64,000 bases of DNA from Trypanosoma brucei (Eukaryota), in the NCBI GenBank assembly GCA_000002445.1, contig CM000208.1, forward strand, positions 1,952,001 to 2,016,000, read 5' to 3'. Below the pieces are notes generated by a model. It had not been told where the DNA came from and did no database searches. It was given only the letters and a program-made list of their open reading frames with translations. Position 1 is the first letter of the stretch; every line of letters begins with the position of its first letter. This document shows, piece by piece, positions 10,176-21,800 of the stretch. Position numbers and translations under genes: made by a program.

Positions 10176-11288
10176 CTATGACTTGACCTCCTCCATTGCC
10201 GGTTTGGATTGCAGCTTCTCCAGTATGGCATGCAACCCGCTCACCTGATTAGACGCAATTGTGGCACTCATACGCTCCACATCGGCGCCAAATATTTTAT
10301 CCCCAGAAAATAAAGACGTGGGTAAAACTGTAGGAATGTTGTCGTTGTCAACGAAGCCCTCCTGGTAGCAGCGTTCGAAGTGCTCCAACCACTGCTTCGG
10401 GGCACCGATAAAGCCAATGCACACTAAATACCTCTCGCTGTTCACAACGCGGCTATGACGCGGCTTCACCACCTGAACACTTTCGTACAGGTGGGTTGTT
10501 AGAAAAAGGATGGCTCTTGTGAAGGGCGAGAAGCAGTCGAATAGTTTCAGGACGAAGCACCCACCTGGGCGTAGCAATTTCACAGCGCTCAGCCACTGCC
10601 CGTAGACAATCCTACATGAGATTGTTTCCTGGAAATTCACGACTTCGGTGGGAACGTCAAACCCACCGTCAGCAACAACAAGCCGTACATTCTCTTTGCA
10701 CGTCAATGAACAGAGACTCTCAATATTCTCTAGTTTGAAGACATCACCTGTGCCATCAATACCATAACAGGGGAAAAAACTGCGTGAGGGGAGGTCAGTA
10801 TACCAATCGAGACCCTTTACATTACGCAAGGTAAGACCGAAGCCACGCAGACGCAGCTTATGTTCCTTCCCCATGGCGAAAAGTGCTTGAGAGAACGCGC
10901 CGGGCCCTCCACAGACATCCACAAACGTAAAGGTGCCCTTTGCCCTCGTAGCCCCGCCTTTCAAGTATTCCCACAAACCGACTGCTTCCATAGTCTCATG
11001 AAGCTTGTGGCCCGCACGGTTGCGAAACGCGACAGCCCCGTGAACACCACTGACGGCTTGTGGAAACAGTGCGTCACGGGCCGCTATATATGCGGAGGTG
11101 TCTGTGTTGTCGAAAGCAGTCTTCGCGGCCCACAATGCGCTCCGTTCCTCTGCGAGAAATGTGTCGAAAGCGTCCCTCCAGTTCACGCGCTCGAACGCTT
11201 TTCCAACAAGCCCACTGACATCCGGATGTGTGGAAGCTGGGTCGTGGCGCAGAGGGAAAACTACCGTGCAGTCTGCAACGGCAGGCAT
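10176..11288 (-). CDS. MTR1: FtsJ/RrmJ-type mRNA cap 2'-O-ribose methyltransferase (MTr1/CMTR1-like)
   Basis: The track start is GTG, and the first ATG is at 11286-11288, giving 370 aa. It has the SAM-binding FVDVCGGPGAFSQALF motif and the VVADGGFDV motif of cap-1 methyltransferases. It lies immediately next to iPGAM, as I recall for T. brucei. Confidence 0.7.
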   Translation of the reverse strand: MPAVADCTVVFPLRHDPASTHPDVSGLVGKAFERVNWRDAFDTFLAEERSALWAAKTAFDNTDTSAYIAARDALFPQAVSGVHGAVAFRNRAGHKLHETMEAVGLWEYLKGGATRAKGTFTFVDVCGGPGAFSQALFAMGKEHKLRLRGFGLTLRNVKGLDWYTDLPSRSFFPCYGIDGTGDVFKLENIESLCSLTCKENVRLVVADGGFDVPTEVVNFQETISCRIVYGQWLSAVKLLRPGGCFVLKLFDCFSPFTRAILFLTTHLYESVQVVKPRHSRVVNSERYLVCIGFIGAPKQWLEHFERCYQEGFVDNDNIPTVLPTSLFSGDKIFGADVERMSATIASNQVSGLHAILEKLQSKPAMEEVKS

Positions 11289-12062
11289 CAGAGAAATACC
11301 CACCCTTGCACTCCCCTTCTACACGCATATACGTTAAAAATGCCAACAATAAAAGCGAATCAGATGAGAGTCAGGAGGGGAGGGGGGAAAGGGACGGCAT
11401 AGAGGGTTTGCAAATACTAGGGAGTTATTTCCATGCGTGAAACAATTTTATCCTCTTCAAGTGAGCACTTGCACACGAAACAGTGCATTCCAGGAGCAAA
11501 AACAAACCCGTCTGTGGTACGCACTTTTGCACGTGAGCGACCGCGCGACACCCCGCAACTGCAGGATGGTGAGAGGGTTCCTTCGGTTGCACTGATGAGG
11601 CCCACAGACGTCTACGCGGCACTTCAGCGGCATGTACTCAACGTAAAATACAAATGGAGTCGCCGTCTACGCCGCCTCCGGAACCACATCGGCAGTTGTA
11701 TAGACTTTGCTCCCGAGAAGCCTCTGAGGAGGTGTAGCGTTACATATCCATCAAATACCTCTCCCCTGCGTTTGCGGTAACACCAAATAATAATGATATC
11801 AACAATACATTGACCCTCGTGATGGTCATTGGTATTTCTTCAATCTGATCCTACATATCGCGACACGCAGCCACCACTCGGCCTACCTCAAATTACAGCG
11901 CATATGATCATGGGCGTGACCAACCGCCTCACCACACATGAGGGTGTGGAAAGGAAGGGATATGGGAAACAGAACCCCTTGCAGGATTTAAAAAAAAAGC
12001 GCTCTACACCGCCCTCTAATACGCTCCTTGCCCCCATCTGCACGTGGTGAATAGCGGGCCAC

Positions 12063-12530
12063 TTACTTTGTTAGGAGCACCTCTCTCAGAAGCACAGCGC
12101 TATTCAGGGCCTTTTCTTCAAGCTCCTTCTTCAACGCCGCCGCCTCGCCGTTCAACCGCTCCAATTCTTTTGTCTTTTTAGTTCGTATCGTCTCAAGCTC
12201 GTTGCGCATCGACGCGTTCTCGTTCTCTGCTGTGGCCACAGATTGCTCGAGGCTTTTTATGCGCTGACTGAGCTGATAGCTAAGCGTTGAAGTTGAACGC
12301 TGCATTGCGCGGACTTGCTCACTGGTAGTGTTCTCAGCCGCCTCCTGCTGTTGGACCATCTCTGCAATTCGCTTCTCCAGTACACTTTTCTCGTGACGAA
12401 TGCACCGAATTTCTTCACTCGCCAAAAGAAGCAACTGCTCTACGGCCTGACATTGCCGCTTGATGTTCTCAAGGGCCTGCTGCTTGTCGTCAATCACCTG
12501 TGCGTCTGGGACCTTCTTCTTGGGAGCCAT
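12063..12530 (-). CDS. Hypothetical coiled-coil protein
   Basis: The track ORF starts with GTG at 12614, and the first ATG is at 12528-12530 (MAPKKKVPDAQ...). The roughly 155-aa product is heptad-rich with many E, K and Q residues. Confidence 0.4.
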   Translation of the reverse strand: MAPKKKVPDAQVIDDKQQALENIKRQCQAVEQLLLLASEEIRCIRHEKSVLEKRIAEMVQQQEAAENTTSEQVRAMQRSTSTLSYQLSQRIKSLEQSVATAENENASMRNELETIRTKKTKELERLNGEAAALKKELEEKALNSAVLLREVLLTK

Positions 12531-13005
12531 GCCCCTTAAAAGTGCTACGCTATTGATGTGGCGATATGTTTTAGCAACTTCCTTTCTTTTTTCCCCTTTC
12601 TCAGTTCCTAGCACTGGGGGTGACCAAGAAGAATGACGTTCACCAAGGATGCGTGGAGTGGGCGCTTAAGAGAGAAAAGTTGAAGAAAAAGTGGTGCCAG
12701 TGACCAGTTACACGGGCGACAAAAAAAAAAAATAGTGATGGTTCGCCTCGTAAGCACTTATGGGTTCTGCGATCCCCTTCCCTTTTCAGTTTCATCAGCA
12801 GGAAACTAAAAGACTATGCCTAAACCTATGGATGATGAACCGGAAACAGGCAGCTGGAACAGAGACAAGCAAAAGGGGAATAACAAGAAGCAAATCCAGG
12901 AAAGTTTTCGGTGCTCTACACACCTCGTAGGAGCATCCGCTCACGCTACTTCTACCCCTCTTTTTGCATACCCCACCAGGTCTCCTCCACCCCCACGCCG
13001 GGAGC

Positions 13006-14106
13006 CTACTGATTACGCACGATAGCTTTGATGTCGTTGAAAATATCCTCATTCCTCAGAGTGTACTTTAGGTTTTCTCTGACGCTGTAACGTATCGGTG
13101 GAATTGTGCGACCCGCTGCATATGGATCGAGATTACCCTGGCTCTCCTCAATAGAGACTAAGTTAGCAGGGTCATACACGTCGCTCCCAAAGCAGTAGCG
13201 ATGAGCGAAGGCTACAAACATCATTTCAATGCAGATTAGTAGGTCTTGCAGTCCTTGTGGTGCTTCCTCTTTGGTCCAGTACCCAAAATTTGGTAGCCAA
13301 TCCATGGCTGCGAGAAGTTGAATCAGTATCCCTTGCCAGAAGGATAAAAAGATAACCGCCTTAATGCATATAAACTTCAAAAGGGCATCTGTGCCCTCCA
13401 TGAACTCCTTCAACCCAACGTAGAAGTAAACTAGCGCTGTGAAGGCTGTCGTGATGGAAAAGTTGCAGATCAGGGCAGTCCAAAAATGACCCTTGCTCAC
13501 GTCGAGTATACCGCCCAATTCGTGCTTTGCTTTTAAGATAATAATAACGATGGCACCCAGTGGCTTCACCACCATAAACTGGAAGATAGCTAATCGACAG
13601 TTGCGCACAAACGTGGGTGAAACCTTCATCGGCTCCAGCCAACAAAGAGGGAAGATATGTGGCACGGGTGGCCACTCCTCCAACATAAGGGCCCTGTACA
13701 AAGTATCAACGCCTCCCATGAGAGCCAACATGAGCTGGAAAAAGGCGTAGATGGCGTAGCTCTCGTACGCATCCCGGAGGATGTTGAGGTACTCAGCTGC
13801 ACCAGGAGCTAGAAGGCACACCCACGATATCATAGCGTACAGTGGAACCATAAAAAGGATGCGGACCACCTTCGTTTGGCATTCTGGGTCAGAGAAGCAA
13901 GTTAGATGCTCAAGAATTTGGAAAAACGACAGCAAAGTTGCGAATACAGCGCAGTACCCACCAATGAACGATGGCATACCCAATTTTTCGCGCACTACAC
14001 CTTTAAACGGAATGACTAACAGCAGCAAGATACCGACGACACAGATGAACGTTCCAACCCAGTAGTACATCTTTCGCCGCCCCTGACGAGCGACATGTAT
14101 GGCCAT
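13006..14106 (-). CDS. TMEM184/organic solute transporter alpha-like (DUF300) membrane protein
   Basis: The track start is GTG at 14142, and the first ATG is at 14104-14106. The protein has seven hydrophobic helices in the arrangement and spacing typical of the TMEM184 family. Confidence 0.5.
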   Translation of the reverse strand: MAIHVARQGRRKMYYWVGTFICVVGILLLLVIPFKGVVREKLGMPSFIGGYCAVFATLLSFFQILEHLTCFSDPECQTKVVRILFMVPLYAMISWVCLLAPGAAEYLNILRDAYESYAIYAFFQLMLALMGGVDTLYRALMLEEWPPVPHIFPLCWLEPMKVSPTFVRNCRLAIFQFMVVKPLGAIVIIILKAKHELGGILDVSKGHFWTALICNFSITTAFTALVYFYVGLKEFMEGTDALLKFICIKAVIFLSFWQGILIQLLAAMDWLPNFGYWTKEEAPQGLQDLLICIEMMFVAFAHRYCFGSDVYDPANLVSIEESQGNLDPYAAGRTIPPIRYSVRENLKYTLRNEDIFNDIKAIVRNQ

Positions 14107-14512
14107 CTGCAGAGAAAATGAGATTCCGGACTTCTTCCACACTCAGTTGAGGGCGGGGCGGTCGAGACGGAAACAACCCCCCACGCGAGCAGCGTTATGA
14201 AAGGTAACAATAGTACTATGTAAAACCAATATATTGTCACCAAGAATGTTTCAACAAAGCAAAAGAAAAGAAAAAGGGTATGTGGCGAGTACATCTTCCA
14301 TCATTGCTATGGACGGCCCCTGCCGTACACGCAAAAAGGTGAAACGATACTGATTACACATATTAGCGAAGAAAATTGTATGTTAGTGCAAGAGATACTG
14401 GAGATAGGCAAATAATTTCAACGATGAAACCCACCTGTCACACCGACCCGAGAACATATATACACGAATATACGTAATGCTATGTCGGAGAGTACCACAC
14501 TCTATCCGTGCC

Positions 14513-15838
14513 TCATCGTGGAATGAGGTCGTAGAGGTTCAACGACAAATGCTGCGAAAGGCTAATCGCTGATGTAACAGGTATGTGACAGTGATAACCC
14601 TTTGTGCTGTGGGTTGTTGGAACCATGAGACCCCACGACACCAACGTCTGGTGGTGCTGCACCGCTATTTCTGCGGGCACGAACTCGAGTGGATCCTGGA
14701 GGTTCACGCAAATATTCAGCAGGGACCGATAAACTAGCATGAGTCGGGGCAGATGGACGACGTGCGCTAACGAGGAGAGAACGGCTGCCTTGTGCGATGC
14801 GGCATTCACCTCCGTAGAATTTGTACGACGCGCCAGCTTTTCGTCACCGAAGACAAGGGCGTGCTTTGACTTTGGGACGGCCCCACAGTAAAAAGCACTT
14901 AGGGCCCACAGCATGGCTGAGCATCCAATTCGTCTCAGCACGGCCACTAACGGATCTCCGCGACTCCCCACAAGAGCACCAGAAGGTGCAGTTGCGACCG
15001 ATGACGAGAGCTCTCGCCATCTTCCCCATACTGTCGAGTAGTGCATCGCATTGAGGCGTCCCACAACAGCATGTGCAACCAGAAACGGTAAAATTTGATG
15101 TACACGCTGGAGAAGTTGTCGCATGTCCTGTGTGACGATACTTGCTCGCATGGGAAGATGCGTCATGTAGTACTCAACTGCACCCTTTGTTATGTTGTGA
15201 GCCTCTTCTAGCGTGAGGCTCGGGGTATTAGCCTCTGCGTCAGCTCCGGGTGGGGATGCGTTTGTTGCAAAGAGCGTGTTCAACCACGACTGCACAACGC
15301 TAGCATCGGGTCTCGCAACGAAGTGGAAGCGAAAACAGTTTGAGAGACGGAGCGGCATCTGCGACACTACCCAAAGACAAACAACGTTTGAGTTGCACGG
15401 CTGTTGGGATCCACCGACACACACCGAGAGCCACTGATTAATACCCTCAGCACCCTCCTCCACTTCATCAGCGTCGTCCACGACGAAGTGAAGCTCACTC
15501 CCCTCCACTGCATTGTCAAGCCACTGTCGTACCAGCAAGCCAAACTGAAGATGTGAACATTCTGTCCGCCGCCGTTTAGTTTGCGGCAAAAGACGCCACG
15601 CCAGCCGCCGCAGGGAGTCACCAGCTAGCGCCCTGCCAGTAACATACTCTAGCAAGAAAGACCGCTTCATATTACGTACGTGATGCTCCCGCGAAGTGAG
15701 GTACTGCAGGAGCATAGTCGTTTTGCCGCTACCCGGTGGTCCGAAGATGGAGATGTAACCGGAGCCACACTCCACGTCTGCGTCTAATTCATCCCGCAGG
15801 TCCACTCCAACCTCCTTGCGTGGTGTTTGGGCTGCCAT
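14513..15838 (-). CDS. Divergent ORC/Cdc6-like P-loop ATPase (candidate ortholog of T. brucei ORC-like factor Tb7980)
   Basis: 441-aa ORF with a verified ATG at 15836-15838. It has a Walker A motif (IFGPPGSGKTTMLLQYL) and a Walker B-like stretch (HFVVDDADE). It sits between MTr1 and RFC3, the recalled chromosome-10 position of Tb927.10.7980. This is an inference from memory. Confidence 0.45.
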   Translation of the reverse strand: MAAQTPRKEVGVDLRDELDADVECGSGYISIFGPPGSGKTTMLLQYLTSREHHVRNMKRSFLLEYVTGRALAGDSLRRLAWRLLPQTKRRRTECSHLQFGLLVRQWLDNAVEGSELHFVVDDADEVEEGAEGINQWLSVCVGGSQQPCNSNVVCLWVVSQMPLRLSNCFRFHFVARPDASVVQSWLNTLFATNASPPGADAEANTPSLTLEEAHNITKGAVEYYMTHLPMRASIVTQDMRQLLQRVHQILPFLVAHAVVGRLNAMHYSTVWGRWRELSSSVATAPSGALVGSRGDPLVAVLRRIGCSAMLWALSAFYCGAVPKSKHALVFGDEKLARRTNSTEVNAASHKAAVLSSLAHVVHLPRLMLVYRSLLNICVNLQDPLEFVPAEIAVQHHQTLVSWGLMVPTTHSTKGYHCHIPVTSAISLSQHLSLNLYDLIPR

Positions 15839-16755
15839 ACGACGGGGAAACAGAACGCTCGTACGTAATTGCTACAGTTGAAGAGGGGGAGGGGAGGGGC
15901 ACAGTGCTCTACCTTGGTGATGCCCAACCACTGAAGTGCACAGGGGAGGGGGAACAGCGCTATTGTGAATGAGAACAGAAAATGTCAAACACGAAGGGTA
16001 GGGAAAACATTCGTGCTAAAACACATAGTAAAGCCACATATTATGCGCGTACGCACGTCGAAAACTATCGTGACTTCCACGTTCCTTACCAAACACCAAC
16101 CACGAACCACAAGCCTCCCATTTCCGCCTGAGTTCGTCACGGCATGTCACGGTACGCCTGCTGGTAGTTCCACCTGTTCGTTTTGAAGTGTCTTCGCTTA
16201 CTAAAACGATTCCTGGCGTCGTGGGACGCCTGTAGCGACGGATGAAACCGCTTGTCCCGCATGAAGCGGTGGCGAAACTTGTGCCCGCAGTACCAGTGAG
16301 CGATAAGCCAGGTTTGGGTCAGAGAAAACATACGACGCTCTGTCCTTTGCTCCAACCGTATCGAGTAGGTGAAGAGGAGCCCGGCGGATTTTGTACTACG
16401 AACGAGATAACAGATTTTTCTAATTACCAAAACAAGGCCCCAACCATCACTGATAAGGTGTGCGTACATCAAAGATTATCAATACGGCACAGAAGAAAAA
16501 GGTAAGAACAAGGGAAAAAAGCAAGCGTTTACTTGAACCTCACGTCAGGTTCAACAGATGTTGCATACCCACTTTCGACTACAAAAAGGGGTAGATCAAA
16601 CAGGTGATGGGTATTAGTTCTATTCATGAGTGCTATATTAGCTTGTCCCCGGTGATAGGGGGGGGGATGCGAAACCTAAATGGTAGCGAAGGAGCCGCCG
16701 CGCATCTATTTAACAACAAGGAGAAGAGAAAAACGGCCACTTACGTAACTGGTAG

Positions 16756-17805
16756 TCAGTTTCGCTTGAGAAGTTGCATCACTCCTGATGCGAATGCCTC
16801 CAGATGGAGAATGGGTTTGGTGCCAAGCTTCATGTTGTGATCGTACTTCGCCGCAAGAGAAACAACAGCCGGTCGCATTGCCGGCTTAACAGAATTAAGC
16901 AAGGCTTCCAAGACGCCTCGCATAATTACCTCACCTGAGATGCACTGCCCGAGCAGATCGTAAAACTTTCCACGAATTTCAAACAGCTTCTTTGGTGTCT
17001 GTTCCGTGAGAATGTCGTTGGCAATTTCCTCAAGAAAGACCTGCCAATCAGCCTGCGGAATGTTGGCTCCACTGCCTGAAAAATCAACTTTTGTCATGGC
17101 TGCTGCCTCCAGCATCAGTTGCGCACGTCGTAAGTTTCCTTCGGACTGGTTGCTAAGGGCAGCCAAAAATGCGGGTGATGGGGGCATCCGGCCCTCCTTT
17201 TCACACACAGTTCGAATGACTTTGGTTATGTTTTCCTGTGAATGGGAAGGAACACGGACAGCAAGGCAACGAGAGCGAAGGGGTGCGATAAGACGTGAGG
17301 TTGAGTTGCAGATCAGCACCAATCTGCACGTCGCCATGTACTTTTCCATTGTCCGCCGGAGGGCATGCTGGGCTGCCCGTCCCATTTTATCCACCTCGTT
17401 GAGCACCACAACTTTGTACTTCGCAGCGCCTGGTGTGCCAGACTGCAGGGGAACGGTCTGCGCAATCTCGCGTATCATTTGCATCACGACTACGCGATCG
17501 TGATTCCCTGCATCGGAAGGGTTGATGTCAATGTGGTGTGGGGAACTCAGTGTCGCTATATCAACGACTTTGCTATCTGTCACTTGCACAGACTTGTGTT
17601 CCAGACGTAGCGAGTAAACGGATGGACCGTACACCTGCTGCAACACTGCCATGGCGCGCGTCTTCTTGCCGGTTCCAGAGGGTCCGTACAATAACAGGTG
17701 TGGGAGGTCTTGCGACTCGGCCAAACGCTTAAGTACTTCGGTAAGCTCCGGATACAAATCTACGTCATCAAGAGTCCTCGGGCGGTACTTGTCGACCCAC
17801 AGCAT
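16756..17805 (-). CDS. RFC3: Replication factor C small subunit (RFC3-type clamp loader subunit)
   Basis: 349-aa ORF with a verified ATG. The N-terminus MLWVDKYRPRTLDDV is the RFC-box signature. It also has the Walker A motif LLLYGPSGTGKKT and the VVLNEVD (DExD) motif. Confidence 0.85.
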   Translation of the reverse strand: MLWVDKYRPRTLDDVDLYPELTEVLKRLAESQDLPHLLLYGPSGTGKKTRAMAVLQQVYGPSVYSLRLEHKSVQVTDSKVVDIATLSSPHHIDINPSDAGNHDRVVVMQMIREIAQTVPLQSGTPGAAKYKVVVLNEVDKMGRAAQHALRRTMEKYMATCRLVLICNSTSRLIAPLRSRCLAVRVPSHSQENITKVIRTVCEKEGRMPPSPAFLAALSNQSEGNLRRAQLMLEAAAMTKVDFSGSGANIPQADWQVFLEEIANDILTEQTPKKLFEIRGKFYDLLGQCISGEVIMRGVLEALLNSVKPAMRPAVVSLAAKYDHNMKLGTKPILHLEAFASGVMQLLKRN

Positions 17806-18884
17806 AATTGCTATTATATGAAAAAAGGTTTACAAGGCACAATAGAGGAGGATCGGGAATACAAATGAGAAGCAAACAGTTAGCACAGTCAGGGAAAAAT
17901 AAGTACAGAAGGGAATGGCGCGTGACATGATGGCCCGAATCGCGTTTTTTGTGCTCTCTCGTGAATTCCCCACCACCGATGAAACTATCCCTTTTCGGTT
18001 CCCCGACACACTAGTTCTTATAGGGCTCTTACGACAGCGCAACTCAAACTGCTCGAACCCGTGGCCGTAGCGCAGCCAGCAACAGAGTCGGTTGCCGTGG
18101 TGACGCGTAACCGCTGCATGCGAACTTGCCCTTCGGCGGTTACAAATGAGCTCACACATTCACTACGGAGGAAAATTAACTGTCTTCGTGCCACCAGTAG
18201 AGAAGCCAAAAGTTTTCAATACGTATTTACGTATATTATCCCTGTTTTGACAAAATGGGCACACACCCCGTCACGGTTCCGCAGCGGGGGCACTTCTGCT
18301 CTTCCACACCATTGGGTGCTGCTTTACATGGGAGCACCGAGATGGCTTGTCGGAGTGTCATTCGCAGCGGCCAACGACGCGCGGTGACTAAGTGATCTCC
18401 AAATCGAAGCGCGCTCGATTACCACTAACAACGACAACAATAATAATGTGATACCATTCCCATTCACATGAAGTACACTGTTTCCTCTGTCGTGCCTCTC
18501 TTCAAAAATCAGCACGAACATATTTTTAATCACATGCGCTATAGGTGCATAGTTCGCGCACGGCTTAACGGCTACAAACGCAAAGAGTCGCACACACTAC
18601 ACAAACCCACATAGAAATATTCCTGTTTCGGTAGCAGTTCCTTTTTTCCACCTTTAAACTCCGCCTACATAAAAGCAAGAGATGAGGAGTTGAAGAACAC
18701 AAGCTCCCCCCTCTGGAAGGTGTAAAGGGGGGGATGTGGAGGAACAGATCTAAAATATGCTTCAGATAGAAAATCAGACAGTAATGTTACATTCATTTTT
18801 TTTTGTGTGTTTACGCACTCACCCTTTCCAGCGTCATCCTGTGGTGTTCAAATCATTACAAATGCAACCCACAACTACATCCAA

Positions 18885-21800
18885 TCAATCTACATCGATG
18901 GCAAATGTCTTTCGAAGAAACGCCTTGGTGCTGTTAAGCATGCTACGACCCATCACCAATTCGCACACTGAGTCGAAAGACAAAGCCCGTTCACCATGGT
19001 ACAGAATATCTATGTTTTCCTTTGAGAAGACATCTGGAAGACACATGTTTCGGGGATTTGTTGCAAGCATGTGGGAGACGCAATCTATTTCCCAAGGAGT
19101 CAACAAACCGTCCTGCGCGGAGGGGAACACTGCAAACGCTTTCTGCGCCCCTCGCACGGGTTGCCTGTCCGCGCACATCATCGCCAATAACGGCGTAGGG
19201 CAAAGTTTGCCATCATCATCGGCGAACGTTAACCACAGTGCTTGCATATACGCCCCTAGCCGGTCATCGCTAAGATCCTTAGCGAAGTAGAAGGGCACTT
19301 TTGAAAATGTTTCCTCATCCACTTCCTGCGCACCCAACAACGCTGTCTTTGTTTCGAGGAGCTCCTCGATGGAACATTCCCTTATATAGTAGTTGTTTGG
19401 TTCGTCCCGCCTCGTCATGTCGGGCACCGCTTCGCACCAAAGCATCAGGTGAAGAACAAACTCACGCCAGTCAATATAACCGCAACCGTGAGGGTCAAAT
19501 GACTCAAAGACCTCACGCCTCGTCTTGAGGCGAACACTCCTCGTCTGTGCGCCCGCGTAGTCATCAGGTTGCACAATGTAGAAAAACTCGGCGCTCGCCA
19601 ATGTGTAGTCAGGTGCCACATTTCGAAAGGTGCGAATCATGCTCATCAGCCTCGTCGCAGAGAGGGTTCGGTGGATCATGGGAACCTCATGTACGCTTGT
19701 TACTTCATACGGTGACAGAGGTGTCACCGCGCGCTCGTCCTGTTTCGGACCTCCAGAGAGAACAGAGAACGTTTGCTGTCCCAAGTGCAGGGGAGGGATG
19801 GCCCGCTCCGTTTCAATTGCATTGCGAAGAGTATAGATGGCCGTGTTTATAGCGGAAGCAGAGCTAAGCCGACCTTCCTTTGCCTTCGCTAGAAGAGTGT
19901 CTCTACAGTTCGCGCAGTACTGCTCTGCCTCGCGCATGAGTCCAACAAAGAACTGTCGAATACGCCCAATCCGCTCCTGCATACTAGCCAGCTCCTCATG
20001 AACAAAAGGCATACATTTCGTGAGAATCAGACTGAACCTCCCATCGTCCGCAGCCGCAGCTGCCGCCTTTGCGTTTTCTCGCACTCGCTGTGAGGCCGTT
20101 ATCGGTCCCTGGAGTTTTTCGACGTAGTTCGTAATGGTGGTAACAAGCTTTCCAATGGCCTCGACAAGCATATCTTCTCCCGTTTTCTCGGCCAAGTCTT
20201 CGGGTCGCTGTGGCTTCTTCGATCCTTGGACTTTCTTATCCTTCCCCTTTGCCAACTCCTGGACGCCGTCAACTCCAGCACGCGTCATAACAGCTTCAGA
20301 CTCTAACTCCTCAAACACACACGGTTCGTTGACGACAGTACTAAAATAGATAAGTACCATGTTCAGTGTGGCCATGAAACGCTCTATTTCTCCCTTCACA
20401 GTGGCGATGGCAACGTTACAAACCGTCGTGCTCCACGGTCCCAGGAAGTTCTCCTTCTTTGTAATCAAATCAATCCGCGTGGTGACGTCCCTTCCTGTTG
20501 CCTCTGCAACGCTAAACAGCTCGTCTCGCAGTTGGTCTACCAGCAGATGAAGCTCGTTTTTACACACTGCTTGCCCAAGTAGTTGCAAAGGGATGTTGTT
20601 GTAATTTTCTACGAAGCGGTCCAACTTCCCCTGCTTTTCATCTGGTTGGTTCCAGAAACGCTCGTACTTCTCCATAGCCACCTTGCGGTAGCCGAGAAGT
20701 ATACGCACCAGCGATTCTACAGCGGCCCCAGTCCATCCATATATACCATTATAGTACGACGTAAAGATGGCAAGACCCCTAAAGAATAGTTGGGGTGTCT
20801 CCTCCGGCATAGTGTAGACGCTCGGCAATGGGGATGTATCCTCCAATTCGTGTGGAATTGGTACACCGCTCTCCGTATATATCTTGATCAACCTTTTCCG
20901 CTCCGCCTCACGTCGTTCCCTCATCTCCACAATCGTGTCCTCAATCCACTTCTTCTGCTTCTTAGCCCCCATGGCCGCCTCGTACATTAGCATGTTTTCT
21001 TCAAAAATCCTTTGCCTGGAACTAATAACTCTCGCCACGTTGGATACGATACCATCCAACGCCTGTTCGCCGTCAACTTCATACAAATTGCCACCACTAC
21101 CGTTCTCATGCGTGAGGGAACGCCGCAGTGCATCCCACTTTCGCCTCTGTTCAAGCACAACGCGGTGGAGCAGGGCCGTCGAGGTTCTTGTGCGGTCTAG
21201 GTTGACAACGTGCGGCACCCGCTCCGGCGGTGGTGGGCAAAATATCATATGATACTGCTCACCTGTTTCCTTGTCAACGCGTAGTCCTGCAAAGCGGTTA
21301 AAAATTTCCTGGGTCCCGCAGTGAATATAGACCATGGCTGAAAATAGTGTATTCGTATCTTCCTCCCGCCCTTCCCAGCGCTCTATTGCCTCTCGCTCTT
21401 CGGGTGCCAACTCCGGGTACACGACCTCAGGTAGCACTGGAGGTGGCAAAGTGCTGAGATCTACACCCTTTTTAGATGGTCGCGTTTTGCCTTCGCCTCT
21501 CACAACGGGTTGCTCCAACCGCGCTTCACGCTGCACAACAAGTAGCCTCTGCGCTTGATTCTCCTCAGTCGGTGCCCCGTCATCCGTACTGCTTGGTGGC
21601 AATGGCGGTGGTGATGGCCAGTTGTTCAAGGCCCCTTTGAAAGGGTGAACAAAGGGAGGGATGATAAGCTGCAATCTCTGGAGCTCTTCTAGACCTGCCA
21701 CTGCCCCATCAAACAGGATACCACTACACCCTTCCAGCGTGTCTTTCATCTGTAACTGCATCAAATGCACAATAAGCGATGGCTCCACCGGCCTACCATG

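Noticed and set aside
18040-18140. tRNA-like strings (GTAGCGCAG on plus, GGGTTCGAGC on minus)
   Set aside because: I could not fold either strand into a cloverleaf: no complementary D-stem or T-stem of correct spacing and no matching acceptor stem. Likely a chance match in the RFC 5' region.
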